A DNA stretch of 36,731 nt from Candidatus Micrarchaeota archaeon (GTDB lineage Archaea > Micrarchaeota > Micrarchaeia > Anstonellales > Bilamarchaeaceae): NCBI GenBank assembly GCA_016935455.1, contig JAFGQX010000055.1, positions 1 through 36,731 on the forward strand, read 5' to 3'. Position numbers and translations under genes: made by a program. Below are positions 17,511 through 27,194 of the stretch, one piece after another. The notes under the pieces were generated by a model, which saw only the letters and a program-made list of their open reading frames with translations, was not told the origin of the DNA and did not search any database. Position 1 is the first letter of the stretch, and each line of letters starts with the position of its first letter.

Positions 17511-17915
17511 ATGAGAACTCCAAAAAAAATAGGTAAATACAGAGGAACAAGAAGCTGCGGAAAAGGAAATGTCAAAAACAAAAGAGGCGCTGGAAACAGA
17601 GGCGGAAGAGGAATGGCCGGCCTCAAAAAGCACAAAAGAACATGGATGGTCAGATACGACCCGGACCATTTTGGAGCAAGCGGGTTCAAGAGAGACAAAA
17701 CCCATATAAACACTGTCAATCTTTATGAAATTGAAAATATGATTGCAGGCGAAAAACTGAAAAAAGAAGGGGAAAAGTTTATTTTTGAATTCAAGGGAAA
17801 GATTCTCGGAACAGGAGTTTTGACAAAACCAGTTAATATAAAAGCAGACAAGTGGACCAAGAAAGCAGAAGAAAAGATTAAAAAGATAGGGGGAGACATC
17901 ACTTCCAATAAATAA
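17511..17915 (+). CDS. rpl15: 50S ribosomal protein L15
   Basis: RGAGNRGGRGMAGLKKHK. ATG 17511 lies 6 nt after GGTGA (17500-17504); the track start is 17505. Confidence 0.9.
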   Translation: MRTPKKIGKYRGTRSCGKGNVKNKRGAGNRGGRGMAGLKKHKRTWMVRYDPDHFGASGFKRDKTHINTVNLYEIENMIAGEKLKKEGEKFIFEFKGKILGTGVLTKPVNIKADKWTKKAEEKIKKIGGDITSNK

Positions 17916-17938
17916 TTTTATCTTAGAAGGGGTTTTGA

Positions 17939-19321
17939 ATGATTTTAGATGCAATGCAGAAAGTGGCGCAGTTGCTGCCTGAAGTAAAAAGTCCAACAAG
18001 TCCTCCGCCCGTAAAGGAAAGGGCGATATGGACAGTTATTGCACTTGTTTTATTCTTTGTAATGTATAATATTACTGTTTTCGGCGCCACGATGCAGTCA
18101 TCTGCACTCGATTTCCTTCAGGTTATTACTGCAGCAAAAATTGGAAGCCTTTTAACAACTGGTATCGGGCCTCTTGTCCTTGCATCAATTTTTCTCCAGC
18201 TTTTTGCCGGAGCAAAGATAATAAATCTGGATATGTCCAATCCTGAAGACAAAAAGAAGTTCCATCAGGTCCAGAAGGTGCTGGCAATAATCATCGCACT
18301 ATTTGAAGCAACTCTTTTTGTAACCAACGGAACAATCCCGATTTCCCAGCAGTTTGGTATGATTCTCCCTCTCCTTGCAGTATTCCAGATTGCCTTTGGT
18401 TCAATAATACTTCTTTACCTTGACGAAATAATCTCAAAATACGGAATAGGAAGCGGTATCAGCCTCTTCATTGCTGCAGGTGTTTCTCTTTCAGTTATCG
18501 GAGGTCTTGCAGGTTTGATTGTAGAACCGGGCGGAGTTATTGACTCCCTTACTGGGGGCGGGGCTGAAGGTATTCCAAAAGCCATACTTGCACTTCTGCC
18601 GTTTGTGTTTTCAATTCTTGTATTTATAGGAGTAGTTTATGCGGAATCGGTAAAAGTTGAAATCCCGATAGCTTATGAAAGAGTAAGAGGCCTTGTACCG
18701 AAACTCCCCCTAAAGCTGATGTATGTTTCAAACATTCCTGTGATTTTTGCTTCTGCGCTGCTTATGAACATGAGGGCGATTACCCTTGCCCTGCAGAATA
18801 TTACATTTGATGTGGGCGGTTTTAACGTTGTTTTAATTCTTCAGGAATTCCTTTATCTGATAAGTCCCATATACGCAGGTGGAAGCGACACGTTAACACA
18901 CTTCAATTATATTATGACTGCAACCACACCCTACCTTGCAGTTCCCGAATACGTCCATGCATTTATATATGTATTATTTCTTTCACTGCTTTCAATAGTA
19001 TTTGGTATATTCTGGGCAGAAACCTCAAATATGGATGCAAAGAGTGTTGCAAAACAGCTTGGTTCTTCAGGAATGCAGGTTCCTGGATTCAGAAGAGACC
19101 CGCGTATGCTGGAAAGAATACTTGAGAAACACATATTTCCTCTTACTGTGCTGGGTTCATTCCTTGTAGGACTGCTTGCAGGTGTTGCCGACCTCACAGG
19201 TGCCCTTGGAACAGGTACGGGTATTCTTCTTACAGTTGGTATATTATACAGGATGTATGAGCAGTTAAAACAGATGAAGGTTACAGAGATGTACCCGAGC
19301 TTAGGAAGTTTTCTCTCTTAA
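17939..19321 (+). CDS. secY: Preprotein translocase subunit SecY
   Basis: 460 aa, multi-TM, in the conserved position after L15. Confidence 0.95.
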   Translation: MILDAMQKVAQLLPEVKSPTSPPPVKERAIWTVIALVLFFVMYNITVFGATMQSSALDFLQVITAAKIGSLLTTGIGPLVLASIFLQLFAGAKIINLDMSNPEDKKKFHQVQKVLAIIIALFEATLFVTNGTIPISQQFGMILPLLAVFQIAFGSIILLYLDEIISKYGIGSGISLFIAAGVSLSVIGGLAGLIVEPGGVIDSLTGGGAEGIPKAILALLPFVFSILVFIGVVYAESVKVEIPIAYERVRGLVPKLPLKLMYVSNIPVIFASALLMNMRAITLALQNITFDVGGFNVVLILQEFLYLISPIYAGGSDTLTHFNYIMTATTPYLAVPEYVHAFIYVLFLSLLSIVFGIFWAETSNMDAKSVAKQLGSSGMQVPGFRRDPRMLERILEKHIFPLTVLGSFLVGLLAGVADLTGALGTGTGILLTVGILYRMYEQLKQMKVTEMYPSLGSFLS

Positions 19322-20719
19322 TCTTCTTTTAATTTCTTCTGCAAGAATCCTTTCATAAAACCTAGTAAGCCTGCTTAAAAATAATTTGTATTTATTCATT
19401 GTTCCTTTAAATTCCTGTTCAAGGTGCCCTTCAAATTTTATCTCCCCAATATTTTCCATATCTATTCCATTTTCTCTAAGTTTTTTAAGTGTCGTTCCGT
19501 TTGTAAAACCAGCCACTTTTAATATGATTTCATGCGCGGGAACTTCACTTGGAAAAATACTTTCTGAGGTAGTTATTCTAAAACCTTTCAAAAAAGTTTT
19601 AAACTGTTCCAGAATCTGGCGGTTGGTATCGTTTGGAAGGCCTATTTCAAGCCAGCCCCTTAAAAAAAGAAGTTTTATTTCACCGTATACGTTTATCCAT
19701 CCGTAATTTGGGATTCCAAGCGCTCTTAATTTATCCATTTTTGTGATTACTTTATCCCTTGGCTGATGCACCACTATCGGATGTTTGGGTATAAGTGTTT
19801 CTATCGGCATTTCCCCAGTTATATCTATTCCTTCTTTTTTGAATTTGTTTGCTGCATGGTGATAAGCTTCATAACCGAAGACTACCGGGAATATCCAAAA
19901 AGTCCATTTTGCTATTGTTTCTATCGCCTTTATTCTTTTTTTCTTTTTAACGCCTTTCAGTGAATCTATATTTGAAAAATTATCCGCAATTTTTATTGCC
20001 ATGGCTCCCGGGTCCCCCGAATTGAAAATTCTGGGGTAATACACCTTGCACCTTTCGTCATGTATCTCTCTTGCCTTTTGAGGATTTGTTTTTTTCAGTT
20101 TTTTATACTCGTCATCTATTCGGTGATATCTCGGATTGTCAGCAAAAACCCACTGGTCTTTGTGTAGTTTTGGTTTTGTAAGAATATTAACTTTTTTTGC
20201 TACCCCATCCCCAAATTTTTCTCTTATCGTGCCTACGGTAACCTTTGTATCTTCAATAACATCGTGCAGAAGTGCGGCACAGATGTCATCTGTTCCAAAT
20301 CCTGATTTTGTAATCCTGTATGCAACATCCAGCGGATGCATAACATATGGGGTAATTCCGTCATCCCTGAACTGGAGGAGATGGCTCTGAAAAGCAAGGT
20401 TATACGCCCTGTGAATTTTTGCTTTTTCTTCTTTTATTTCATTTTTTATCTTTCTTGATTCTTCGGTATTTTTCCCCCTCAGTTTTCTTACTCTGTTTGC
20501 CCTGTGAATATGTATGACTTTAGTAATCCCTTTCTGCGGGTCTGCACCTGCTTTTAAACGGCTGGTTATTGGAACCTGGAGGTGGTTCTCCTTCATAACC
20601 TGAAATAACTCCAGCTGGATTCCATTCCTGCTTATGCCGTTTTTTTCACTCGTTTTAACAGTATTTCTCACAGCATTAAATAGGAATATAACCTTATTAA
20701 AGCCTTTCTCCACATCCAA
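19301..20719 (-). CDS. RelA/SpoT-type HD-domain (alarmone-hydrolase-like) protein with uncharacterised N- and C-terminal regions
   Basis: 472 aa. Central motifs are HPLDVAYRI...AALLHDVIEDT...FGDGVAKKVNILTK...IKIADNFSNIDSL, in the order of the RelA/SpoT hydrolase (HD_4) fold. I recognised no synthetase-domain motifs in the ~190-aa C-terminal part. It overlaps the secY 3' end by 21 nt (convergent). Confidence 0.75.
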   Translation of the reverse strand: MDVEKGFNKVIFLFNAVRNTVKTSEKNGISRNGIQLELFQVMKENHLQVPITSRLKAGADPQKGITKVIHIHRANRVRKLRGKNTEESRKIKNEIKEEKAKIHRAYNLAFQSHLLQFRDDGITPYVMHPLDVAYRITKSGFGTDDICAALLHDVIEDTKVTVGTIREKFGDGVAKKVNILTKPKLHKDQWVFADNPRYHRIDDEYKKLKKTNPQKAREIHDERCKVYYPRIFNSGDPGAMAIKIADNFSNIDSLKGVKKKKRIKAIETIAKWTFWIFPVVFGYEAYHHAANKFKKEGIDITGEMPIETLIPKHPIVVHQPRDKVITKMDKLRALGIPNYGWINVYGEIKLLFLRGWLEIGLPNDTNRQILEQFKTFLKGFRITTSESIFPSEVPAHEIILKVAGFTNGTTLKKLRENGIDMENIGEIKFEGHLEQEFKGTMNKYKLFLSRLTRFYERILAEEIKRRLREKTS

Positions 20720-20735
20720 CCCTTAGGTGAATTAA

Positions 20736-21284
20736 ATGATTATAGTCATGGGACTTCCAGGCGCAGGAAAAACAACCGTATTGACCAAGGCAGCCGAACA
20801 GAAATCAGAATACGAAATATTGAATTATGGAACATTAATGTTTGAAATAGCAAAAGAAAAATACGGCCTTGAAAACCGCGATGAAATAAGAAAACTTAAT
20901 GCAGAACAGCAGAAAGAGGTGCAGGCCCTTGTAGGAAAAAAACTTTCAGAAGAAAAAGGAAAAGTAATTCTGGACACACACTGTTCAGTTTTAAACCCTG
21001 ACAAAAATTTTTATCTTCCGGGCCTTCCATATTCTCTTCTAAAAGACCTTGATGTTAATATGCTCGTTCTTATTACCGGAGAAATAAATGAGCTTGCAGA
21101 AAGAAGAAAAAAAGACACCTCAAGAGTGAGGGCTGTGGACCCTGAAGAAATAAGGGAGCATGACCAGATTAACAGAATGTACCTTGCATCCTATTCAGCA
21201 CTTACCGGTGCACCCGCAAAAATAATAATAAACAGGAATGGAAAACTTGAAGACGCTGTAAAAGAGCTGGTTGGCGTTCTTTAA
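20736..21284 (+). CDS. adkA: Adenylate kinase, archaeal type
   Basis: 182 aa, P-loop GLPGAGKTT, AdkA-like YEILNYGTLMFEIAKE...NRDEIRKL. AGGTGA lies 5 nt upstream. Confidence 0.88.
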   Translation: MIIVMGLPGAGKTTVLTKAAEQKSEYEILNYGTLMFEIAKEKYGLENRDEIRKLNAEQQKEVQALVGKKLSEEKGKVILDTHCSVLNPDKNFYLPGLPYSLLKDLDVNMLVLITGEINELAERRKKDTSRVRAVDPEEIREHDQINRMYLASYSALTGAPAKIIINRNGKLEDAVKELVGVL

Positions 21285-22550
<1,266 letters not shown>

Positions 22551-22560
22551 TTAAATCACT

Positions 22561-23802
22561 TCAATAAACCGGGAAGTTTGAGCAGAGCTCCTTAATCTCT
22601 TCCCTAACCTTTTTCTTTACTTCCGCATCCTGAGGATTATCAATTACTCTCTTGATAAAGCCTGCAACTTCTTTCATCTCGCTTTCTTTCATTCCCCTTG
22701 TCGTAAGGCAGGGTGTTCCAATCCTTATTCCGCTTGTTATAAACGGACTTTTCGTGTCGTAAGGAATTGTATTTCTATTCAGGATTATTCCCGCCTCTTC
22801 GCATACAATCTGCGCTTCCTTTCCCGTTATCCCCTTGTCCGTAAGATTAATCAGTATGAGATGCGTATCTGTTCCTCCGGAAACAAGCCGGAATCCCAGT
22901 GCCATAAGCTCATCCGCAAGCGCCTTTGCATTTTTAATAATCTGTTCTGCATACTCTTTGAATTCAGGCTGAAGCGCCTCGTGGAATGCAACCGCTTTCC
23001 CGGCGATTACATGGTCCAGCGGACCTCCCTGAGTTCCCGGAAAAACCGCCTTGTCCACTTTTTTCCCCAATTCTTCATCTCTGCATGCAAGCGCCATTGC
23101 GCCTCTTGGCCCCCTGAGTGTTTTATGTGTTGTTGTGGTTATCACATCCGCATACGGTGAAACCGGTGGAAGCGCCCCGCCGGCAACCAGCCCTGCAAAA
23201 TGAGAGATATCTGCAAGAAGATATGCTCCGCATTCATCTGCAATTTCCCTGAATGATTTAAAATTTATCTGCCTTGGGTATGCAGTATAGCCGGCAATTA
23301 TTACCTTGGGTTTTTCTTCCAGGGCCCTTTTCTTCACCTCATCGTAGTCAAGCATCTCGGTTTCCTTGTCCACCGCATATGCAACAGGCTTGTACAGCTT
23401 TCCAGAAAAATTAACTGGTGAACCGTGTGTGAGATGTCCCCCCTGGGAAAGTTCCAGCCCCATAAACTTTTCCCCGAATTCCATAAGCGAAAAAAGAACC
23501 GAGAAATTAGCTATTGCCCCTGCGTGGCACTGGACATTTGCGTGGACAGTTCCGAATAGTTTTTTTGCTCTTTCAATAGCAAGCATTTCTATCTTGTCAA
23601 TATATTCATTTCCCGCATAATATCTCTTTCCCGGATATCCTTCCGAGTATTTATTGGTAAGCGGAGAACCGACAGCCTCCATTACCGCTTTGCTGGTGTA
23701 ATTTTCCGATGCAATAAGACCCAGTGTATCCCTTTGCCTCCCAATCTCATTTTGTATGTATCCATAAACTTCCCTATCCACTTCGCTTAAACTTTTACTC
23801 AT
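22561..23802 (-). CDS. glyA: Serine hydroxymethyltransferase
   Basis: 413 aa, SENYTS...[13 protein letters not shown] (PLP-lysine motif). Confidence 0.95.
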   Translation of the reverse strand: MSKSLSEVDREVYGYIQNEIGRQRDTLGLIASENYTSKAVMEAVGSPLTNKYSEGYPGKRYYAGNEYIDKIEMLAIERAKKLFGTVHANVQCHAGAIANFSVLFSLMEFGEKFMGLELSQGGHLTHGSPVNFSGKLYKPVAYAVDKETEMLDYDEVKKRALEEKPKVIIAGYTAYPRQINFKSFREIADECGAYLLADISHFAGLVAGGALPPVSPYADVITTTTHKTLRGPRGAMALACRDEELGKKVDKAVFPGTQGGPLDHVIAGKAVAFHEALQPEFKEYAEQIIKNAKALADELMALGFRLVSGGTDTHLILINLTDKGITGKEAQIVCEEAGIILNRNTIPYDTKSPFITSGIRIGTPCLTTRGMKESEMKEVAGFIKRVIDNPQDAEVKKKVREEIKELCSNFPVY

Positions 23803-23901
23803 AGAATTCCCCGGTTTAAGTGTTATTGAGAGAAGTTTAAAAACGGTGTTGTCTTTTCCCAGCCCGCAAAACTTTATAAGCTTTGGAGGGTATTTCTGGG
23901 T

Positions 23902-25107
23902 ATGAATAAGAAATCTTCACACGAGGATGTTTACCGTTTTGGGAGAAATGAGAGAAAAACCAGAGTCATACCTCTTTTCATAATTATAGCCATACTTGCA
24001 GTTGGTGCACTTGTTTATTTTAATTATTTTTACCAGCCGGAAGAGGTGGTTGACACCTTCCAGAACGGACAGATAGTTGAGATTCAGGAGGAAGTTCAGG
24101 AGGTGGAGATAGTAAACACCTCAAGCGAACAGTACAAGCTCGGTGTTGCCGTTTCAACAAACGACCCTTCAATATGCGAGCAGCTTACAGAGCTGAAAGA
24201 AAATTGTTATGTTTCCCTTTCCCTTGAAAATGTCGAGGCATGCAAAAAAGTAGAAACCTACGAAAAGAAAAAAGAATGCATTGAATTTTGGGTTGAATCT
24301 ACAAATATCACTTCCCTGTGCGACAATCTCAAAGAAGAGGACAGAATGGAATGCGGCCTTCTTGTTGACCCCTGCTACGGCAAAAAAAGCAGTGAAAGAA
24401 AACTCTGCCTTGCCCTTGAGTATAATGATTATGCCTACTGCATAGAAGACGACTGCTTTTATGAATATGCAAAAGAAAAAGAAGATGAAACAGTATGCGA
24501 TGTTTTTGACGTCCCTGCAAAGCAGATGGCCTGCGAATCCCTTGTTAAAAAAGATGACGAATGCCAGTATCTTGTTTTTTCATACCAGAGAGACATGTGC
24601 TATGATATCTATGCGAGAAAGCTGGGAGGAGATTATTTTTGCACGCTCATAAACCCCGACAGCATTTATTCCTATTCATGCTTCAATGAATTTGCAATAA
24701 GAAAACAGAATATGCTTTTGTGTGAAAAACTTGAAACCCTTAATTACCGGTGGGACTGCCTTTCCAATTATGCACTTGAATATAATGATATAACTGCATG
24801 CGAAAGAATAGATGAATTTGCAAGATTCTCAAGAGAGGCATGCATCCTTCATATTGCACAGGAATATTCAAATCCAAGCTACTGTACAGTTACACAGGAT
24901 ATTTCAGTAAGGAACGGGTGTTATTCAAACATTATTCTGAAACCTGAAGGAGCAATACTCCCTGAGAACTGCAACAATGTTCTTGAAAAATCTTGGAAGG
25001 ATAAGTGCTATTCAGTATCTGCAAATGCAACAAAAGACATAACGGTGTGCGGGTACATATCTGATTTGGCAGTAAAAGAAATATGTAAAAAACAGTTTGA
25101 GGATTAG
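23902..25107 (+). CDS. Membrane-anchored cysteine-rich repeat protein (hypothetical)
   Basis: 401 aa. One N-terminal TM segment ([22 protein letters not shown]) is followed by about 26 Cys in roughly 11 tandem units of about 26 aa, C-x(10-12)-C-x(12-14). Confidence 0.8.
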   Translation: MNKKSSHEDVYRFGRNERKTRVIPLFIIIAILAVGALVYFNYFYQPEEVVDTFQNGQIVEIQEEVQEVEIVNTSSEQYKLGVAVSTNDPSICEQLTELKENCYVSLSLENVEACKKVETYEKKKECIEFWVESTNITSLCDNLKEEDRMECGLLVDPCYGKKSSERKLCLALEYNDYAYCIEDDCFYEYAKEKEDETVCDVFDVPAKQMACESLVKKDDECQYLVFSYQRDMCYDIYARKLGGDYFCTLINPDSIYSYSCFNEFAIRKQNMLLCEKLETLNYRWDCLSNYALEYNDITACERIDEFARFSREACILHIAQEYSNPSYCTVTQDISVRNGCYSNIILKPEGAILPENCNNVLEKSWKDKCYSVSANATKDITVCGYISDLAVKEICKKQFED

Positions 25108-25733
25108 CCCTCAAGCTGTTCAAAAAATTCAGGGCTGAACTTGAATTCGTCGTATGATTTTATTTTCCCCTGTTTGATCATGATCTCCCTTGTAAGAATA
25201 TAAAACACGAGGGCAAGTGATTTTTTACCCTTATTATTTGCGGGAATAATAAAATCTATCAGCCTTGTTTCATTGTCGCTGTCGCAGAGTGCAATAACCG
25301 GCACTCCCACCTTTGACGCTTCCTCAATTGCCTGTTTTTCACCCCTCGGGTCGCAGACAAAAATCATTTTGGGTTCTTTGAATTTTTTTGATGAAAGATT
25401 AGTCAGCGCGCCCGGAACAAACCTCCCTTCCATTAATTCTATGTCAGTGAGTTTTGCAAACTTTGACGCTGCATTTGATGAATAAACCCTTGAAGCCACT
25501 ATAAGGACTTCTCCAGGTTCATAACGGGAAAGAATTTCAGCGGCCTTTCTGAGCCTTTCATCAGTCTGCTGGATATCAAGGATGTAAAGCCCGTCAGCCC
25601 TTCTTTTAAATATAAATTTAGCCATGTCATGATTTCTTACTTTTGTTCCTATGTGGACTCCGGATTCAAGATACACATCCCTGCCGACAAGCAGTCCTTC
25701 ATCCTTTTCAACTTTTTCTTTTTCTTCAGACAT
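25104..25733 (-). CDS. rps2: 30S ribosomal protein S2
   Basis: GVHIGTKVRNHDMAKFIF...LYILDIQQTDERL. ATG 25733 lies 7 nt after GAGGT; the alternative ATG 25739 has too short a spacer. Confidence 0.92.
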   Translation of the reverse strand: MSEEKEKVEKDEGLLVGRDVYLESGVHIGTKVRNHDMAKFIFKRRADGLYILDIQQTDERLRKAAEILSRYEPGEVLIVASRVYSSNAASKFAKLTDIELMEGRFVPGALTNLSSKKFKEPKMIFVCDPRGEKQAIEEASKVGVPVIALCDSDNETRLIDFIIPANNKGKKSLALVFYILTREIMIKQGKIKSYDEFKFSPEFFEQLEG

Positions 25734-25753
25734 ACACATTACCTCACATATGA

Positions 25754-25898
25754 TGGGGCCGCCGAGATTTTCATTTCCTGGAAAAATCAGGATTTTGAAC
25801 TCAGATTACTGCCACCCCAAGGCAGCAGGATGACCAGGTTTTGCGCAAGGAACAGGCAGGATTCTAAACGCCAGTTCAAAGCTTTACCTTACGGCCCC
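25754..25898 (-). tRNA. tRNA-Pro (anticodon GGG) with two putative non-canonical introns (D-arm, ~45 nt; T-loop, ~26 nt)
   Basis: Hand fold of the minus strand. The acceptor stem GGGGCCG/CGGCCCC is a perfect 7 bp with discriminator A. The anticodon arm is CTGCC-TTGGGGT-GGCAG (U33, GGG, G37). The D-arm AGG(T)/(T)CCT with a CCTGG-containing loop is restored by removing ~25841-25885. The T-arm CTGAG-TTCAAAT-CTCGG is restored by removing ~25768-25793. The mature length would be 74 nt. CCA is not encoded. Confidence 0.7.
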
Positions 25899-25913
25899 AT
25901 TAATTTTATAACA

Positions 25914-26114
25914 TCACTCCTTTCTTTCGTATTTTGTAATCATCTCCGTCATATCTACATGCGAAATAAACATTCTTCTGCAGCAGTATTTGTCTATTCC
26001 AAGCTCGTCCAAAGCTTCTTTTTTCGATTTTCCTTCTTCAACCAGCTTGAGGTACTTTTCATAGTACTGGCCTATCACCGCACCGCAGCTGAAGCATCTT
26101 ACTGGGAATTCCAT
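25914..26114 (-). CDS. rpoN: DNA-directed RNA polymerase subunit N (Rpb10 homologue)
   Basis: 66 aa, MEFPVRCFSCGAVIG...YCCRRM. Confidence 0.93.
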   Translation of the reverse strand: MEFPVRCFSCGAVIGQYYEKYLKLVEEGKSKKEALDELGIDKYCCRRMFISHVDMTEMITKYERKE

Positions 26115-26118
26115 TGCA

Positions 26119-26769
26119 TCACCTGTACGATTTCTGGAATCTTGCCCTTGCTTTTGGGCCCCTGTATTTCTTAGGCTCTACTCTTCTTGAATCTTCAACA
26201 AGAAGCGACCTGTCTCTTTCCATATAAGCTTCTTTAAGGCTTTCGTCATCAAGGTATTCAACAAGAGCTTTTGCTATTGCAGTTCTTGCCGCCTGTGCCT
26301 GACCCATTACTCCTCCGCCGTTTACAGTGACGGAAATGTCAAGCTCGACTGCCTTTGCTCCAGCGATTTTAACCGGCTCCATAACGAGCTCTGATATGTA
26401 AACATTCTGTATTCCTAAAACACCGACACCGTTGACTCTTACGGTTCCTTTTCCTTTTTTCACCGTTGCTCTTGCGATTGATTTTTTTCTCTTTCCTCTT
26501 GAAATTGTAACATCCTTCTTTTTTCCGGTTTTCTTCTTCTTTTTGGCCGCTGTTTTTTTGGTTTCTTTCTTTTCCTCTTTAATCTCTTCTGCCTTGACTT
26601 CAGCCTTTTCCTCTTTCTTTTTAACCTCTTTTGCTTCCTTCTGCTCTTCCTTCTTAATCTCTTCCTTTTTTTCTTCCTCTACTTTTGTTTTGTCTGCTTT
26701 GCTTTCTGATTTTTTTGCAGATTTCCTTTTTGAAGTTTTTTTTGTTTTGGTTTTTTCAGCCATAATCAT
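26119..26769 (-). CDS. rps9: 30S ribosomal protein S9 with a ~86-aa Lys/Glu-rich N-terminal extension
   Basis: The S9 core runs from about residue 87 (VTISRGKRKKSIARATVKKGKG...KYRGPKARARFQKSYR). The preceding region is KE-rich low complexity. Confidence 0.92.
   Translation of the reverse strand: MIMAEKTKTKKTSKRKSAKKSESKADKTKVEEEKKEEIKKEEQKEAKEVKKKEEKAEVKAEEIKEEKKETKKTAAKKKKKTGKKKDVTISRGKRKKSIARATVKKGKGTVRVNGVGVLGIQNVYISELVMEPVKIAGAKAVELDISVTVNGGGVMGQAQAARTAIAKALVEYLDDESLKEAYMERDRSLLVEDSRRVEPKKYRGPKARARFQKSYR
26512..26769 (-). repeat. Low-complexity region encoding the KE-rich N-terminal extension of S9
   Basis: Encodes MIMAEKTKTKKTSKRKSAKK...KKEEKAEVKAEEIKEEKKETKKTAAKKKKKTGKKKD. Confidence 0.75.
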
Positions 26770-27185
26770 CCCTCATAACCCAGATGTTTGCATAATTCTT
26801 TTACAGTTATATATTTAGAGATATTCTTCGGCCTGCATTTTTCACAGACCTGAACGTTCCCTTCAATGTTTTCCGGCTTTCCGGAATAAACTTTGAGCAT
26901 TCTATACGCATTTCTTCCCTTTGCTTTTTTCCACGGAAGCATCCCTCGGACCATCCTTTTTACGAGAAGGTGGGGAACCCGCGGATACTTTGGAGATTTC
27001 TCAGGATTGGATTTGTTTTTAAGGGCTCTTTTGGTTTTGTATCGTTCCGAAGTGAACTTTTCATCTCCAGATACCAGCACCTTTTCGGCATTAATCAGGG
27101 CCACCTGTTCCCCTTTCATCAGTTCTTTGGATATTGTCGAAGCCAGCCTTCCGAAAACCATGTTTGTTCCGTCATAAATTATCAT
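26766..27185 (-). CDS. rpl13: 50S ribosomal protein L13
   Basis: 139 aa, IIYDGTNMVFGRLASTISKELMKGEQV. Confidence 0.93.
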   Translation of the reverse strand: MIIYDGTNMVFGRLASTISKELMKGEQVALINAEKVLVSGDEKFTSERYKTKRALKNKSNPEKSPKYPRVPHLLVKRMVRGMLPWKKAKGRNAYRMLKVYSGKPENIEGNVQVCEKCRPKNISKYITVKELCKHLGYEG

Positions 27186-27194
27186 TCAAACCAC

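Noticed and set aside
19301-19900. Search for a RelA/SpoT synthetase (nucleotidyltransferase) domain, or TGS/ACT domains, in the C-terminal ~190 aa of the HD protein
   Set aside because: I could not find the characteristic synthetase motifs by eye, so I left the region as uncharacterised rather than calling a bifunctional RSH.
25754-25898. Alternative reading of the element as a plus-strand tRNA-Gly(CCC)
   Set aside because: On the plus strand the anticodon loop would be ACCCCAA (no U33). No GG-containing D-loop or TTCAAAT-type T-loop can be built, and the orientation would oppose the operon. The minus-strand Pro(GGG) model satisfies all of these.
25629-26174. 181-aa plus-strand ORF covering the rps2 start, the tRNA region and rpoN
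   Set aside because: It overlaps rpoN and rps2 in antisense and runs across a well-folding tRNA. It resembles no known protein.
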